A stretch of 60,743 bases of DNA, filler included, from Sphacelaria rigidula (lineage: Eukaryota): assembly GCA_964200075.2 (NCBI GenBank). It is 7 parts of 7 records of this genome, joined end to end, with 100 filler letters (N's around TTAATTAATTAA, not from the genome) between each part and the next. Parts side by side here need not be neighbours in the genome. Positions count along the whole stretch, not along the records: positions 26,077 to 34,668 come from CAXNAA020010661.1; positions 34,769 to 43,360 come from CAXNAA020010662.1; 5 more parts are not named here. The stretch is one strand, 5' to 3'. The notes below the pieces were generated by a model that was not told the DNA's origin, did not search any database, and saw only the letters and a program-made list of their open reading frames with translations. How positions within the stretch are numbered: the first letter of the stretch is position 1; the number at the start of each line of letters is the position of its first letter. Below are positions 26,451-38,600 of the stretch, piece after piece. Both the position numbers and the translations under genes were made by a program.

Positions 26451-26805
26451 ACACGCGGCCATTTGGCTTACCCCCAAAATGCCTCCGGAGGGATGCGCGA
26501 CCCTCCCGAGGTGAAACAAGTCTCCGGAGGCCTTCAATCCCACTGGAGGAAACCAAACACTACCGCGGTGGAGGGCCGCGCATCCCTCCGGAGGAATTTG
26601 GGGGTAGCATAATGCCTCCGGAGGGCCGTGCATCCCTCCGGAGGCGAAATCAAGCCTTCGGAGGCGTTTATTCCCTCTGTAGAAAACCAAAAAATAATCC
26701 TCTGGAGGGCCGCGCACCCCTCCGGAGGCGTTTAATTCCTCTGGAGGCTCGAAAACAATTTGACCGCCCTGGAGGAATTTTGGGGGTAGCCAAATGGCCG
26801 CGTGT
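26451..26805. mobile_element. MITE with CCTCCGGAGG internal repeats
   Basis: TIRs ACACGCGGCCATTTGGCT(T)ACCCCCAAAAT; about ten CCTC(C/T)GGAGG-type motifs; flanks CAAG/GAAG; related ends at ~22183 and ~24760. Confidence 0.75.
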
Positions 26806-27556
26806 GAAGTACTGATTTGCAGGCAGTCTTGGGCCCTGAAGGCACTCCTAGACACAAAACGAGAACAACCGAGGAGCGTTGAGCAGGGGGGTACGACATC
26901 GGTGGAGGCCTTGCATGTGTCGTCAATCGGAAAAAAAGTGTATACACCCAAGGGTCTGTGAAAAAATGTTTCGGCACACGTAGGCCCCAAGATCGAAAAT
27001 TCGAGTTTTTTTTTTGGGGGGGGGAGGGGCGTATACTAATTTGTTGCTTCCCCTAGCCGTTTGACCAGTGGCCACGCATCCCGTTCGAGACGGAGCACCG
27101 TTCCTACTCCTAATAGAGACACCTCCAACATTCCGGCGCTGATCACGTTTCTCCCATACATTGCACAAAAACCGTTCACATATCTTATCCCCGTCCTGTT
27201 TCGCCGTCTGTGGCCACCATAAATCTCCTAGTATAGCCATTGTTTCTCCCTCTTGTCCAATGCATAAAATGGTTCCATGCCACCTTCGTTCACGTCCCGC
27301 ATATCCCCCTCTAGCACGCCCCGTTCCTCCTTGTATAGTTCACATTCTGCCACTGTATGACTTCTGCTCTCTATTGCTGTGCCACAGAGGCAGTTCTGTG
27401 CATCTACTTCCTCCTCCACACGACTACTGGTATATCTCTTTCTTCTTTCTGGCAGGTGCAGGTCCTCCACTCAAAATCGCAGTTTCATATTTTTCGCCGC
27501 GTCCATGGAGCCATGCAGATATTCTTTCATCCCTATTCCCTCCTTCAACCCCCTGT

Positions 27557-27936
27557 GGTACCCACCGCTGTGTGTCTGTATTTACTCTGCTGCCCTGAAT
27601 CCTTTGGGCCTTTTCCTTTTCTTTTTTCTTTTTCCTTTTTTTCCCATCGCTTCATTGTTTTTTATTTTATTTGCATTGCACTTTCCTCTTATTTTCCTTG
27701 TTTCTTGTTTTAGGTTGGCCATTTCTTTCTTTGTTTTGCTTGTGTTGACTGTTTTAGAACTTCTTTTTGTCACGACATAGTCTGCAATGTCGTTCTGTTC
27801 CTTGTTTTTTTCTGTTCCTCATTTTTTTTTTCTCGGAGCGTGTTTCAGTTTCGTTGTCTTGGGTACGTCTATCATCAGACCACGGCTGGATCCCTGGGGG
27901 GTCAGTTAAAGTACAACAATCAATAAATCAATCAAA
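27557..27936 (+). mobile_element. (CAAT)n-tailed retroposon 3' end nested in the LINE
   Basis: Removal restores LINE peptide HLEIY|RGLKEGIGMKEYLHG; tail CAATCAATAAATCAATCAA; the same 3' end occurs reversed at 10058-10200 and a relative at ~42463-42560. Confidence 0.8.
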
Positions 27937-30595
27937 GTATATCTCCAGGTGTTCTTCCTCGTCTACTTCGCGTCTGAGCGCTCCTTTTCCCCTTATTTCT
28001 ATCACGTCTCTTACTTCTGTCTTGTACCCCGCGCCTTCACCTATGGACAGTATTTCGTCTTGGTTTCCTCCTATCTCCTTCCATACTTTCTCCACTTCTA
28101 CATCCCACTTTATAGCATGCCCTTTCGTACTTTCTTCCGTACAGCCTTATCAACTATAGCTGGTAATCTCTTCCTCTGCATGTTCCCTTCCCATACTTCT
28201 CCGGCATATTCCACTTTCGTATGATCACGTTCATCGGGGTACATGCCTTAACCCTAGTGCCTAGATGCGGGTCTCTGAAGATCACGTCCATCATGCCTAT
28301 CTTTGCGTCACCCTTTTCTATTTCTTCGTGTATGTATGCATCCCAAGAACACATTCTTTATATTTCTACGCCAAGGTATGTATACTGGTCAACGATCGGC
28401 AGTTCCCCTTCTCCCCACTTCCACTTGAACTGTACCGAATTTTTCTCATCTTCGCTGCAGACGAGCACCGCGCATTTGTCAAGGAACGCTGTCACTTTCC
28501 ATTTCCTAGTGTATTCTAGCGCCTTGTCTATCTGCTTCTGCAATCCTCCTGGTGTTTCTGAAATGCCCACAAAACCATCCGCGAACATCAAACCTGATAT
28601 CACATCTTCACCCACCTTGACCCCTTGCTTTGCTGCTTTTATTGCTACTATCAAGTCATTGATGAATACCTTGAACAAAGTGGGTGATGACGCACATCCT
28701 TGTGTAGCTCCTTGTAAAATATCGAAATATTTCGATACCCGTCTAGCACCATAGCACTTTTGACACATTATGTCATCTTCTTTACCATTCTGCACACCTT
28801 TCCTCTGATCCCAGCTTTCCACAACTTCTTCCACAACCTATTTCTCCATACTGTGTCATAAGCCTCTTGCACGGACAGAAATAAACAGTACCATGTCCGC
28901 CCGGTGTCTTTCCTACCTTGAACAATCTTACCTAGTTTGTACACATCATCAACGCAACTACGGTTTGGTCTAAATCCTGCTTGTGACTCGCTGATTTTGT
29001 CTTCTTTTCTAGCATCGCTCCTACTCTTTCGTTCAAAACTTCACATAATGTTTTCCCTACCGTGCTCAGTAGCGTTATCCCTCTACAGTTTCCTGGGTCA
29101 TCCCTGTCTCCGTTTTTGAAAAGATGGACGACTACTCCTTCTCTCCACCTCTTGGGTGTGTACCCGCTTTCCCAGATCCAGTTGTACATCATAACCATCA
29201 TAGTAATCATGCCCTCTCCCCCTTACTTCAGAAAGCCATTCACTATTTCGTCTGCTCCTGCTGTCTTTCTGTTCTTGAGTTTAGCTATGCACTCCTTTAC
29301 TTCATCTCTGATCAACGCCCTCTACAACTCTGTCGAGCCACTATCCTCCCGTTTCGACGCCTCTACATTTGCCTCTGCATTCCTCCTTCGAATTTTATGT
29401 CGAACTCCGTGTTTGTTTTTGGTGTTCCTAGTTTACGGTAATGCTCGACTAGCACTTCTATCTTCACCTTCGAACTACTGACTATGTTACCGTCGTGTGC
29501 CCGGAGTGTAGCTATCCCCTTGTTCATCTTTCCTGCCTGGTTTCCCGTTATCCCTTTTATCCCTACCCACATTTGTTTCACCCCGCCGTCAGAATCTACA
29601 TTTGTTTTTTACTCTACATCTTCCCAAACTTTTTTCTTTTCCTGCTGTACCATCATGTTTACCTCCTTACGAGCTCTAGTATACTCCTCTCGTCCTGCCG
29701 TAGTTCTACTCGATATCCATCTCGTGTGGGCGTCTCTCCTTACTCTGATAGCCTCTCCTACTTCCTCATCCCAACATTTTACTGCTCTGTTGCATACGAT
29801 CAATTTCCTCCCCATGGCTTCACTCCGTGTGGTTTTCACCAACTGCTCCCATCCTTCTACAATCTTCGTACCTGCCCGATTTCCTTATATTTCGATATCA
29901 GCTGTACCTACGCGTTCCAACAGCTCGGAAACGTTCACTGTATTTCTGGCCACCTCTTCTTGGAACTCTTGCCGTTTTTATTCATTATTTAGTTTATCGA
30001 TCCTCCATTCGTACATCTTCCTACCCAGCCTATTTCTTTCAGCTCTCGTCTGTCGACTTTCTGTCAATATTAGGCAGTGATCTGTGGTTCCTACGTCCTC
30101 CGCGCATACATGTACTTCCATTTCTATACCATCTCCATGCTCCGCCACTATATATTCAAGAACGGAGTGCTTTTTTCTTCCCTTTACCACTATATAGTCA
30201 AGAACGGAGCACTGTCTCTTTCCTTTGCATTGCCTCGTCCATGTCCATTGCGCCTCTGGCTTTTGTGCTCTATCGATCGGCGTCTTCATCTCGTTATGCT
30301 CGAGGAACTTGCGCATTTCTACCCCATTCGTGTTCTTCCTATCTTCCCCGTATTGCCCAATGATATCATCCGGTTGACCTACTCTTCTTAGCCTTGCATT
30401 AAAATGTCTCACTAACATTACTGCTCGTTGTCTTATATATCTATGTACATCTGCTGCTATCTCTTCAAACCTACGCTGAATACCGTCCACCGTACTCTTC
30501 GATTGTGCGAGCATGTAGATGTTCCCTACGAAGGAGTCCTTTGCTCCTCGCTCTCCTGGTACCCTTGTCCATATGCTCTTGTTGGATTTCGGGTC

Positions 30596-30851
30596 AAAGG
30601 ATGCTACGGTAGGGGTGCACAAAACATTCTGAGGTTTGAATTGGTAGGAGCCCTTCCTCTAATCCAAAACACGACCTATGAAATATGTGAGAGTACGCTC
30701 GGATCACTAGTCCAACGCGCTAGGCATGTCCCAAATGAATTTGCAAACAGGGGTGCCCTGACCCATGTTCTTGTGCATCTAGAATCTTTAGGAGCCCCTG
30801 AACCAGACAAGATTTCGCGCAAATAGTGCACCCCTACCGTAGCATTGCTCT
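30596..30851. mobile_element. MITE family A inserted in the LINE endonuclease
   Basis: TIRs; GTC duplicated (30593-30595/30852-30854); excision restores IELIDD-PKSNKSIW. Confidence 0.9.
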
Positions 30852-32290
30852 GTCGTCGATCAACTCTATACTGTCATACAGGTATTCCTTGACTAAGAAT
30901 CCTACTCCTCCTGCTCCCCTGCTCTTGGACTTATGTCCCTCCCGCTTCTTTCCTATCCATACGCACTCGTCAACTTTGCATCCTATTTCCGCCCCCTCTT
31001 TCTCCCATGACTTTTGGATTCCCACTATATCTACTGTAGGTCGTGTTTACTAACTTGCTTCACTATCTCTTCTCTTTTTTTGCGCTTGCCTGTGACGAAC
31101 CCACACACGTTCCACAATCATCCTGTTCTCAATTTCCTTTCCAAATCATTACCTGCTCTCGTGTTGTCTACTGTTCCCTCTCCGCCGCTTTTACTTTTAC
31201 ATTCCCTTGCTTCGTTGTTCTTCCCGTTTTTGCGTTGGTCTTTGTCTACTTACTTCGGGCTGCTGTGTTCCTTCCCCTTCCCCTCCGGGAACTCACCTAT
31301 TCCTGCTTCTCTCTTCCCCCGTTTGCCCGTGGACTACGTCCTACGTTTGTTGTTCCATTAGCTATGCATACTCTCTACCCTACTCTCCTAACCCATGCCG
31401 ACACCTTACTTGTCTCTATCCTTTCCCACTCCTTGCTCGCGCTCTAGTTTAGCGTGACTCGGAAGTGATCTCCTTCCCTTCCTACTTTTCCTGTTGCCAA
31501 ACAGTATAGTCCAACTCCATTGCATTTCATTTTAAACTCCATTCTTGTCATATCGCTACGAACTCCGAATATCAGCACTACTAGTACTTTACCCGTTCAC
31601 TCCTTTCTTCTGCATCCGCCCTTCAAGGACGGCTTGCATAACACACGGTCTTACTCACACATCGGGATATCCCCTATATGACTCTTCCTCTCCGTGTACG
31701 GTTCACCATGGGTCGCTACTTCACTGATGTTTCCGAGTAGACCTTCGCTGTCGAAAGCTTGGTCAACGGTCCCCCCACACTTTGTACCAGCTTCTATCCT
31801 TCAAGGTGCGAAAAAGTCTACGTACCACTTTGTGCTCCTTCTCGTAGGTCATGTGGTCGGTCATCAGGAAGGCGAGTGTTTCATGAGTGCTGTAGGGCTT
31901 GGCGTTTTTGCCATGCATTGTCCACCCCATCCCTTCATGAGGCGCATTTTGCACCTGATGTCGGAAATTTCTGGAAATGGCTGTCCAGATTTCCACCGCC
32001 TAATGGAAACTGGTAAGGTTTTACGGGTATCTCACCACGGGACCCCAGCCTCCGTGTGAATTTGACATGGAGGGGGTGATGATCCTACCTTATCCGTACT
32101 GGTGATATCTTCTGTACTTTCGATTCGCATGTAAGGTGGTCAACTTTCACGCTGTTGTCTACATGTCTAGGTTTCGGATTTATTCTTGTCTTGGGTTTGT
32201 TATGATATTGGGGGTGGGGGATCTCGTTTGCTTTCCGATTTGACATGGAACAGTAGATCTGTTATTTTTCACGATTCCACGTTCACGTTT

Positions 32291-33524
32291 GGGCTGTGTT
32301 TTGGTAGGTTAAAGAAAAAGGAGGGTGAGCGTCTGTATTTTATGTATATGTCCGGGTTGTGTCGTAGTAGGTTGAAGAAAAAGGAGGATTAGGTTCTTCA
32401 TTCCAGGTCTATGTCCGGGCTGTGTTCTGGTAGGTTAAAGAAAAAGAACGGTTAGCTTCTTCATTCCATGTCTATGTCCGGGCTGTGTTATGGTAGGTTG
32501 AAGAAAAAGAACGGTTAGCTTCCTTATTCCATGTCTATGTCCGGGCTGTGTTATGGTAGGTTGAAGAAAAAGGAGGGTTCGCTTCTTCCTTCCATGTCTA
32601 TATCCGGGCTGTGTTATGGTAGGTTGAAGAAATGGAGGGTCAGCTTCTTCATTCCATGTCTATGTCCGGGCTGTGTTATGGCAGGTTAAATATCCATGTA
32701 TATGTCCGGGTTGTGTCGTAGTAGGTTAAAGAAAAAGGAGGGTCAGCTTCTTCATTCCATGTCTATGACCGGGCTGTGTTCTGGTAGGTTAGAGAAAAAG
32801 AACGGTTAGCTTTTTCATTCCATGTCTATATCCGGGCTGTGTTATAGTAGGTTAAATAAAAAGGAGGGTCAGCTTCTTCATTCCATGTCTATGTCCGGGC
32901 TGTGTTATGGTAGGTTAAATATCCATGTCTATGTCCTGGCTGTGTTATGGTATGTTAAATAAAAAGGAGGGTTAGCTTCTTCATTCCATGTCTATGACCA
33001 GGCTGTGTTATGGTAGGTTAAATAAAAAGGGGGGTTAGCTTATCTATTTCATCTCTGTGTCCGGGCTGTGTTATAGTAGGTTGGAGGAAAAGGAGAGCTA
33101 GCTTCTCTATTTCATGTCTGTGTCCGGGCTGTGTTATGGTAGGTTAAAGAAAAATGAGGGTTAGCTTCTTCATCCCAGGTCTATATCCGGGCTGTGTTAT
33201 AGTAGGTTGAAGAAAAATTAGGGTTATCTTCTTCATTCCATGTCTATGTCCGGGCTGTGTTATAGTAGGTTAAAGAAAAATGAGGGTTAGCTTCTCCATT
33301 CCATGTCTATGTCCGGGCTGTGTTAGTAGGTTAAAGGAAAAGGAGGGATAGGCTTCTTCATTCCATGTCCATGTCCTGGCTGTGTTATAGTAGGTTAAAT
33401 AAAAAGGAGGGTTAGCTTCTCCATTCCATGTCTATGTCCGGGCTGTGTTCTGGTAGGTTAAATAAAAAGGAGGGTTAGCTTCTTCATTCCATGTCTATGT
33501 CCTGGTTGTATTATGGTAGGTTAA
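32291..33524. repeat. 63-bp tandem array (~20 units)
   Basis: Unit TCCATGTCTATGTCCGGGCTGTGTTATGGTAGGTTAAAGAAAAAGGAGGGTTAGCTTCTTCAT, with two shortened ~40-bp units. Confidence 0.95.
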
Positions 33525-34289
33525 CCCTTTCGGAAGTCACAATGGAAAATTGATCATGTGCAATTGACGGTTTCTGAGCAAGATATGGTTGATGGTTCAC
33601 AGCTTAGACGCAACAATATTCGCACACAACGCGTATTTTTCAGACCCGTGCGAGTGACAAGAGGAACGAGGGAAGGTTTCCTATTGTCTTAAAGCGGCGA
33701 GGTCCAGGACCCGTCGGCGTTTTTTTTCTACACGTACACTGATGAGCTCCTTCCCCGACCACAGTGCGCGGCAAGCCTCTGTGAAGCATCCTTCCCGCCT
33801 GACCTCCACGATCTTCCCGCTGCAGTTTATACTCTTTGCAGCGTCATAGCAACAAGGGCAACGCCAACGGCACATTCGCCATATTCATGAACTCGCGGTG
33901 TGATGCAATTCCACGCAGTCACCTTTCCGTGCCGCCGAGGGTGCTGCGATACTGCCCTGTACAGTACTGGGTGTGTTTACAGCAGTTTAAGGTAATCTCG
34001 ACTGCAGACTCACGTCATGCACAACATCGCGCTTATGCACGTTCCAACAGCACCATCCCGCTGTTTGAAAAAATCCGTGAAGGCGACGTAGACGCCATGT
34101 GCCCTGCACTTATACACCGTCACTGTGATGTAGGCTGAGTCTGTCAAGTGCCGTCGCCCCGGGGGTGATGCCTTTCTGCTTCGTGTTATGTCTGTATCGT
34201 ATTTTGAGAAAATATCGTATTTTGAAAACATCTCTGTAAAACGCGAGGCATGCACAGAACTGCGCTCTGCCGAGCACGTGCTGACAACA

Positions 34290-34668
34290 TCATACTGCGG
34301 GTTGACTATTCCACCACGGCGTAGAAGTATGGGAGGGGAACGTGAAGTTGACGGAGAGGTTGGAAACAGTACAGATGGCAGCAGCTAAGAAAACACTTGG
34401 ATGCTCGAAAACGACGAGTAGTACAGTTTTGTAAGCAGAGTTAGGAATGTACCCACTTGAAAACAGAGACATGAGGAGGTGCGATGGCAATATAGCGTAA
34501 AGAAAATGCAGAGAAAGAGATTGCCAGCTGTAGTTGATAGGGCTGTATCGAAGAAAAGTACGGCAGGCTGGAGTAAGGTGGGATGAAGAAGTCGAGAAAG
34601 TGTGGAAGGAGATAGGCGGAAACCAAGACGAAATACTGTCCATAGATGAAGACGCGGGGTACAAGGCA
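34290..34668 (+). mobile_element. LINE fragment of the same family as 27020-32000, opposite orientation
   Basis: RAELGMYPLET..ERLPAVVDRAV..WDEEVEKVWKEIGGNQDEILSI matches the 28000-28250 region. Confidence 0.8.
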
Positions 34669-35274
34669 NNNNNNNNNNNNNNNNNNNNNNNNNNNNNNNN
34701 NNNNNNNNNNNNTTAATTAATTAANNNNNNNNNNNNNNNNNNNNNNNNNNNNNNNNNNNNNNNNNNNNTTACGTGAAGATTTTGCCTCCCGAAACCATGC
34801 ACTTTTTGGGGGGGGGGCTATCGTAGAAAGAGTCTGTATATAATGCTCTGATGATCATTTTCAACTCCGGTCATCCTCACGAACTACAGCGGTCATAGGC
34901 CAAGATATTGTGTCGTTGTATAAAGCCCATATCCAAGATCTTTCGGCAAATGGGATCAGTTGTAGCAGTGCCACACCTGTACAATCTGGGGAAAACGACT
35001 GCCCAAAATCATACATTTTGGTTCACGCTTACAAGGAATTGCGTACCCTTCTCGGGAAGTCGGGGATAGTCGGGGGTAAAAATAGTTACAGGGAGGTTGG
35101 GGGTCATGACGTCGTGCATATGCAAGTCATTTCTCATGATTTTTCAAGTTAGGGGAAACAGCTCTTTGATCCTGGTAGATGCATACCGGGGAAGAGGCTT
35201 GCACAAACTCGCCTCGAGGAAGATGGGTGGGGATCGATGCTGCGGCGGGCTGTAAATTAACTCTAGAGTGGTTA

Positions 35275-35322
35275 TACGGTAGGTAGGTAGGTAGGTAGGT
35301 AAGTATGTAGGTAGGTAGGTGG
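35275..35322 (+). repeat. (GGTA)n microsatellite, possible retroposon tail
   Basis: GGTAGGTAGG... run. Confidence 0.7.
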
Positions 35323-35609
35323 GGGTGTACATTTTTTTTCTGAGGCTCTGCGCTTTAGGAGTCTAACGATGACGAACATCTGGGCCTTGGTGTGCAGCAT
35401 CAGGAAACATGTAGACTGAAAAGGGCACCCGTACCGTAATCACTCTCTACTTCGACTACTTGTGTAGAGCTCTATGTACCGAAAACACGGTTGCTGGCAA
35501 ACTGCGTTTCTGAATTCTCCTGCGTGGTTGCATTGTTGTTGCCTATGAAAAGGATCCCGACCCGTGTTCTGCGCGCTTTTTTTCGGTCATGTCCACGTGT
35601 GATTCATAG

Positions 35610-38600
35610 GTACATCCTGGCCGACGCTTCTGGTGCCAATCTGAACCCGGCGGTATCTATTGCTCTTCTCGTGGGGAAGCGCATCAGCATCGAGCGTTTT
35701 GTGCTCTATGTCATCGCACAGGCAAGGACACGAACCAAAAAACACTGGCAGGAACTTTTTTTTTGTAGAACCGCAAACTCTTTCATTCACCCACCAACGA
35801 AGCATGCAGTGATGGACCATGTCGTAAGCTGCAACTCGTGATGAGCAAAAAACTACAGAAAGCAAAACGGAAAAATATTTTTCGCCAAAATAGTCCGGAT
35901 AGATAATGTCTGACAGCATGAAAGGAAGATTCTTCGCCATCCTGAAAACCCCCCGCAATTTCCGAAACTCTGCTATTATTTTCATCCCCTGAAATACCTC
36001 GCTGTTGTCATGTTTACATCATACTTTTATATTTTCTATATGCTGCGTACCACGCTCATGTTCGTCGTTTGCGGGTGACGTCGTTCACAATAGATCCTCG
36101 GAGCCCTAGCCGGTGCAGCTATCGCCACGACATTTTTGGACAGCACCGATGGAGGCTTCAATGCATTGGCCGACGGTGTCTCGGTAAGTTGTGTGCATTT
36201 TCCCGATCCATCAGGCAAGTCATATTCTTTGCCTCCTCTTGTCGTGGTAGTTCACATCGCTCGAGACGAGCGATAGATATATAGTTCAAAACCTTTTTTG
36301 TTTTCCGTTTGTTTTCAACGCTCCACGTATATTTGATGTTCAGGCTCAGGATGCGTTCCGCGGTGAGGTGCTCTGCACGTTTCTCCTCATCTTGACCGTG
36401 TTCGCTGCTACCGACGGAGAGCTGGGCAAGAAGCACGGCCACATCCACGCTCTTCTGCCTTTCGCCATCGGCATGGCCGTCCTGTTGGGTCAGTGTAACC
36501 ATCGGGGAAGGGGAGAGGGTTGGAGTGTGCGAGGGTAATGGCAGTGGTGTGGAACAATTTCACACCCTAGACAATATATTATTGTCCATAGATGGAATAG
36601 ACGAGAGGTGTACTGCACGAAGTATAGGCATATTGCAGCTATTGCCGGCCGACAATAGTCGCAATAGGCCTATACTTTATGCAGTACGTTTCTTGCCTAT
36701 TGCAACTATCGATCATAATATATTGTCCAAGGTGTGAAAAATATCGAACAATTAGGAATGAAAACGGGCGTGCTTGAGTGGTTTTACGGTAGTATGGTTG
36801 CACATGCATCCCCCGTGAGCTTCTGCCCTGTCGGAGCCTGTAGATGATCAAACACCCGGACCTTAGTGTGCACCCTCAAAACACTCTTGGACTAAAACGT
36901 ACACCGCTACCTACCGTAGAATATATCTCTTTGAACATATTCTCGAAATAATAGACTACAATTATTATGCTTTGGTCGCGCGATATTTCCGTGAATTTTA
37001 CGGGGCAAGCGGGAGGTGCGACTCTACGGTAGGGGTGCACTTTTTAGTCTTAAAGTAGTCTGAGGATGCACACCAAGGCCCGGATGCTTATAATCCAGAC
37101 AGCCGAAGAAAAGATGAGCTCTAGCCACAAGTGTGACGGGGTTTTTTCTGATCATCAGTGACACGACGCCATCGATCAGCCCGCAGCGTCCACGGCAACG
37201 TATTTCAGTTGTGCTCGATTAATCATATACTACGGCGATTAATTTGTTGTCTTTGTGCTCCTTTGTTTTCCGGTGATTCCGACACGAAAATCGGATGGAT
37301 GCGTGGGCTGTACTTGCAGCAGCACCATTTTTGCGCGCCCATGTTGATTTCTGCTTCTCGGTCTGGTGCTGTTTGTTTTTCGTTGTTCTTCTCCAAAATA
37401 TACAAAATCTCAGATCACCTGATCCTGATCCCTATCGACGGGTGCTCGATCAACCCCGCTCGCTCTCTCGCCACGGCCGTCACCAACAGCAAATGGGATG
37501 ATCACTGGTGAGTCAACCATCAACCCTCCCACCTCTCCTCTTCCCCGCCCCCAAGTGGCACTTGCGATGCAAATGTTGGCACAAACCAGGGGGGTGGTTA
37601 ATGATAAACTTGCACAACGTAAAGAAATGGAGCTACTAGACGTAGCCAGACGCTTCAAAATAAACTTGGATTCACGCGTAAACAGCATGCTCGTGGACTC
37701 GGGACAAAGACGTGGACTACATTCGAGTGATTGTTATAAAGGGTTTACTCCGTGAGGAACCAAGTTTGGTTTGACTCTAACAAGGCATCGATGAGTAGAT
37801 CAATCCTGCAGCTAGCTGCTGCTTCAGAAATATTTGGGGTACTATTTTTTGTCGTCGTTGCCAACCATCACGTGAGATATTCGTATAAGGCTCCGCAAGA
37901 GGGAGGGGGGGGGGGGGGCGTGCAGTCCCGGTACCAAAAATTTGCCACCTCTTTCTTCAACCGAAATGTCTTCGCCCCCACGTCTCTCTCGGATGTCTGT
38001 CGAGGTTGGGCTCTCAGCGCTAGTATCAGGTCATATATCCTTCGTCAAATACGTATCCACATGACGTTGTATGTGGTGAAAGTCCGAACTTTGTGATTCT
38101 CGCCTTCTTGTTCCCTCTCATCGCTGCAGAATGACTTTTGTACTAATAACGCGGCGGTAATAATACGTACGGATGGTGTTTATTTCTGTCGAAGAAGCAC
38201 ATGTATGTGACGCTCATGATGATCATCCATACCCATCCTGGCTTTGGGCACCCATGGTGGTTGTAATGCGTGAGAGAACCGGGTGCTTAGAGGACCGCAT
38301 CGGAATTTGAACATCCCTATGGTTAGGGTTAGGGTTAGGGTTAGGGTTAGGGTTAGGGTTATGACCAGGGGCGTGGTACTTGCAGACTGGTCCGATTGGT
38401 TTTGAAAAACGCCGATCCTGAGGTGTTTTGATCTACGGCGCGGTCCTCTAAGCACGCGATCCTCCCACGCATTACAGTGGTCATCCATTATGGACATCGA
38501 TATGCCACGCATTATATTTCCTACATGGATGTCAGAGATGGATATCCATACCTATGATGGATGTTCAAATGGACATCCATATCTACAACAGGTATCGTCA

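Larger units (their letters stand above)
27020..32000 (-). mobile_element. non-LTR retrotransposon (LINE), near full length, decayed: upstream ORF remnant plus APE-RT ORF2
   Basis: APE: WNVCGF, IVGIQKSW, GGVGFLV, HFNAR, LDYI, TDH (~30000-31120); RT: WREGVVVHLFKNGD..CRGITLLS, QGCASSPTLFKVFINDL, MFADG, YTYLG (~28350-29200); C-terminal CLCG..H..EC; 3' end matches fragments at 1-30 and ~12350-12415. Confidence 0.92.

Noticed and set aside
32291-33524. CRISPR-like array
   Set aside because: Monomers are contiguous with no unique spacers, there are no cas genes, and the context is eukaryotic.
38321-38360. Real chromosome end or fusion scar
   Set aside because: The tract is short, single-orientation, enclosed by TIRs and a TSD, and lies inside an intron.
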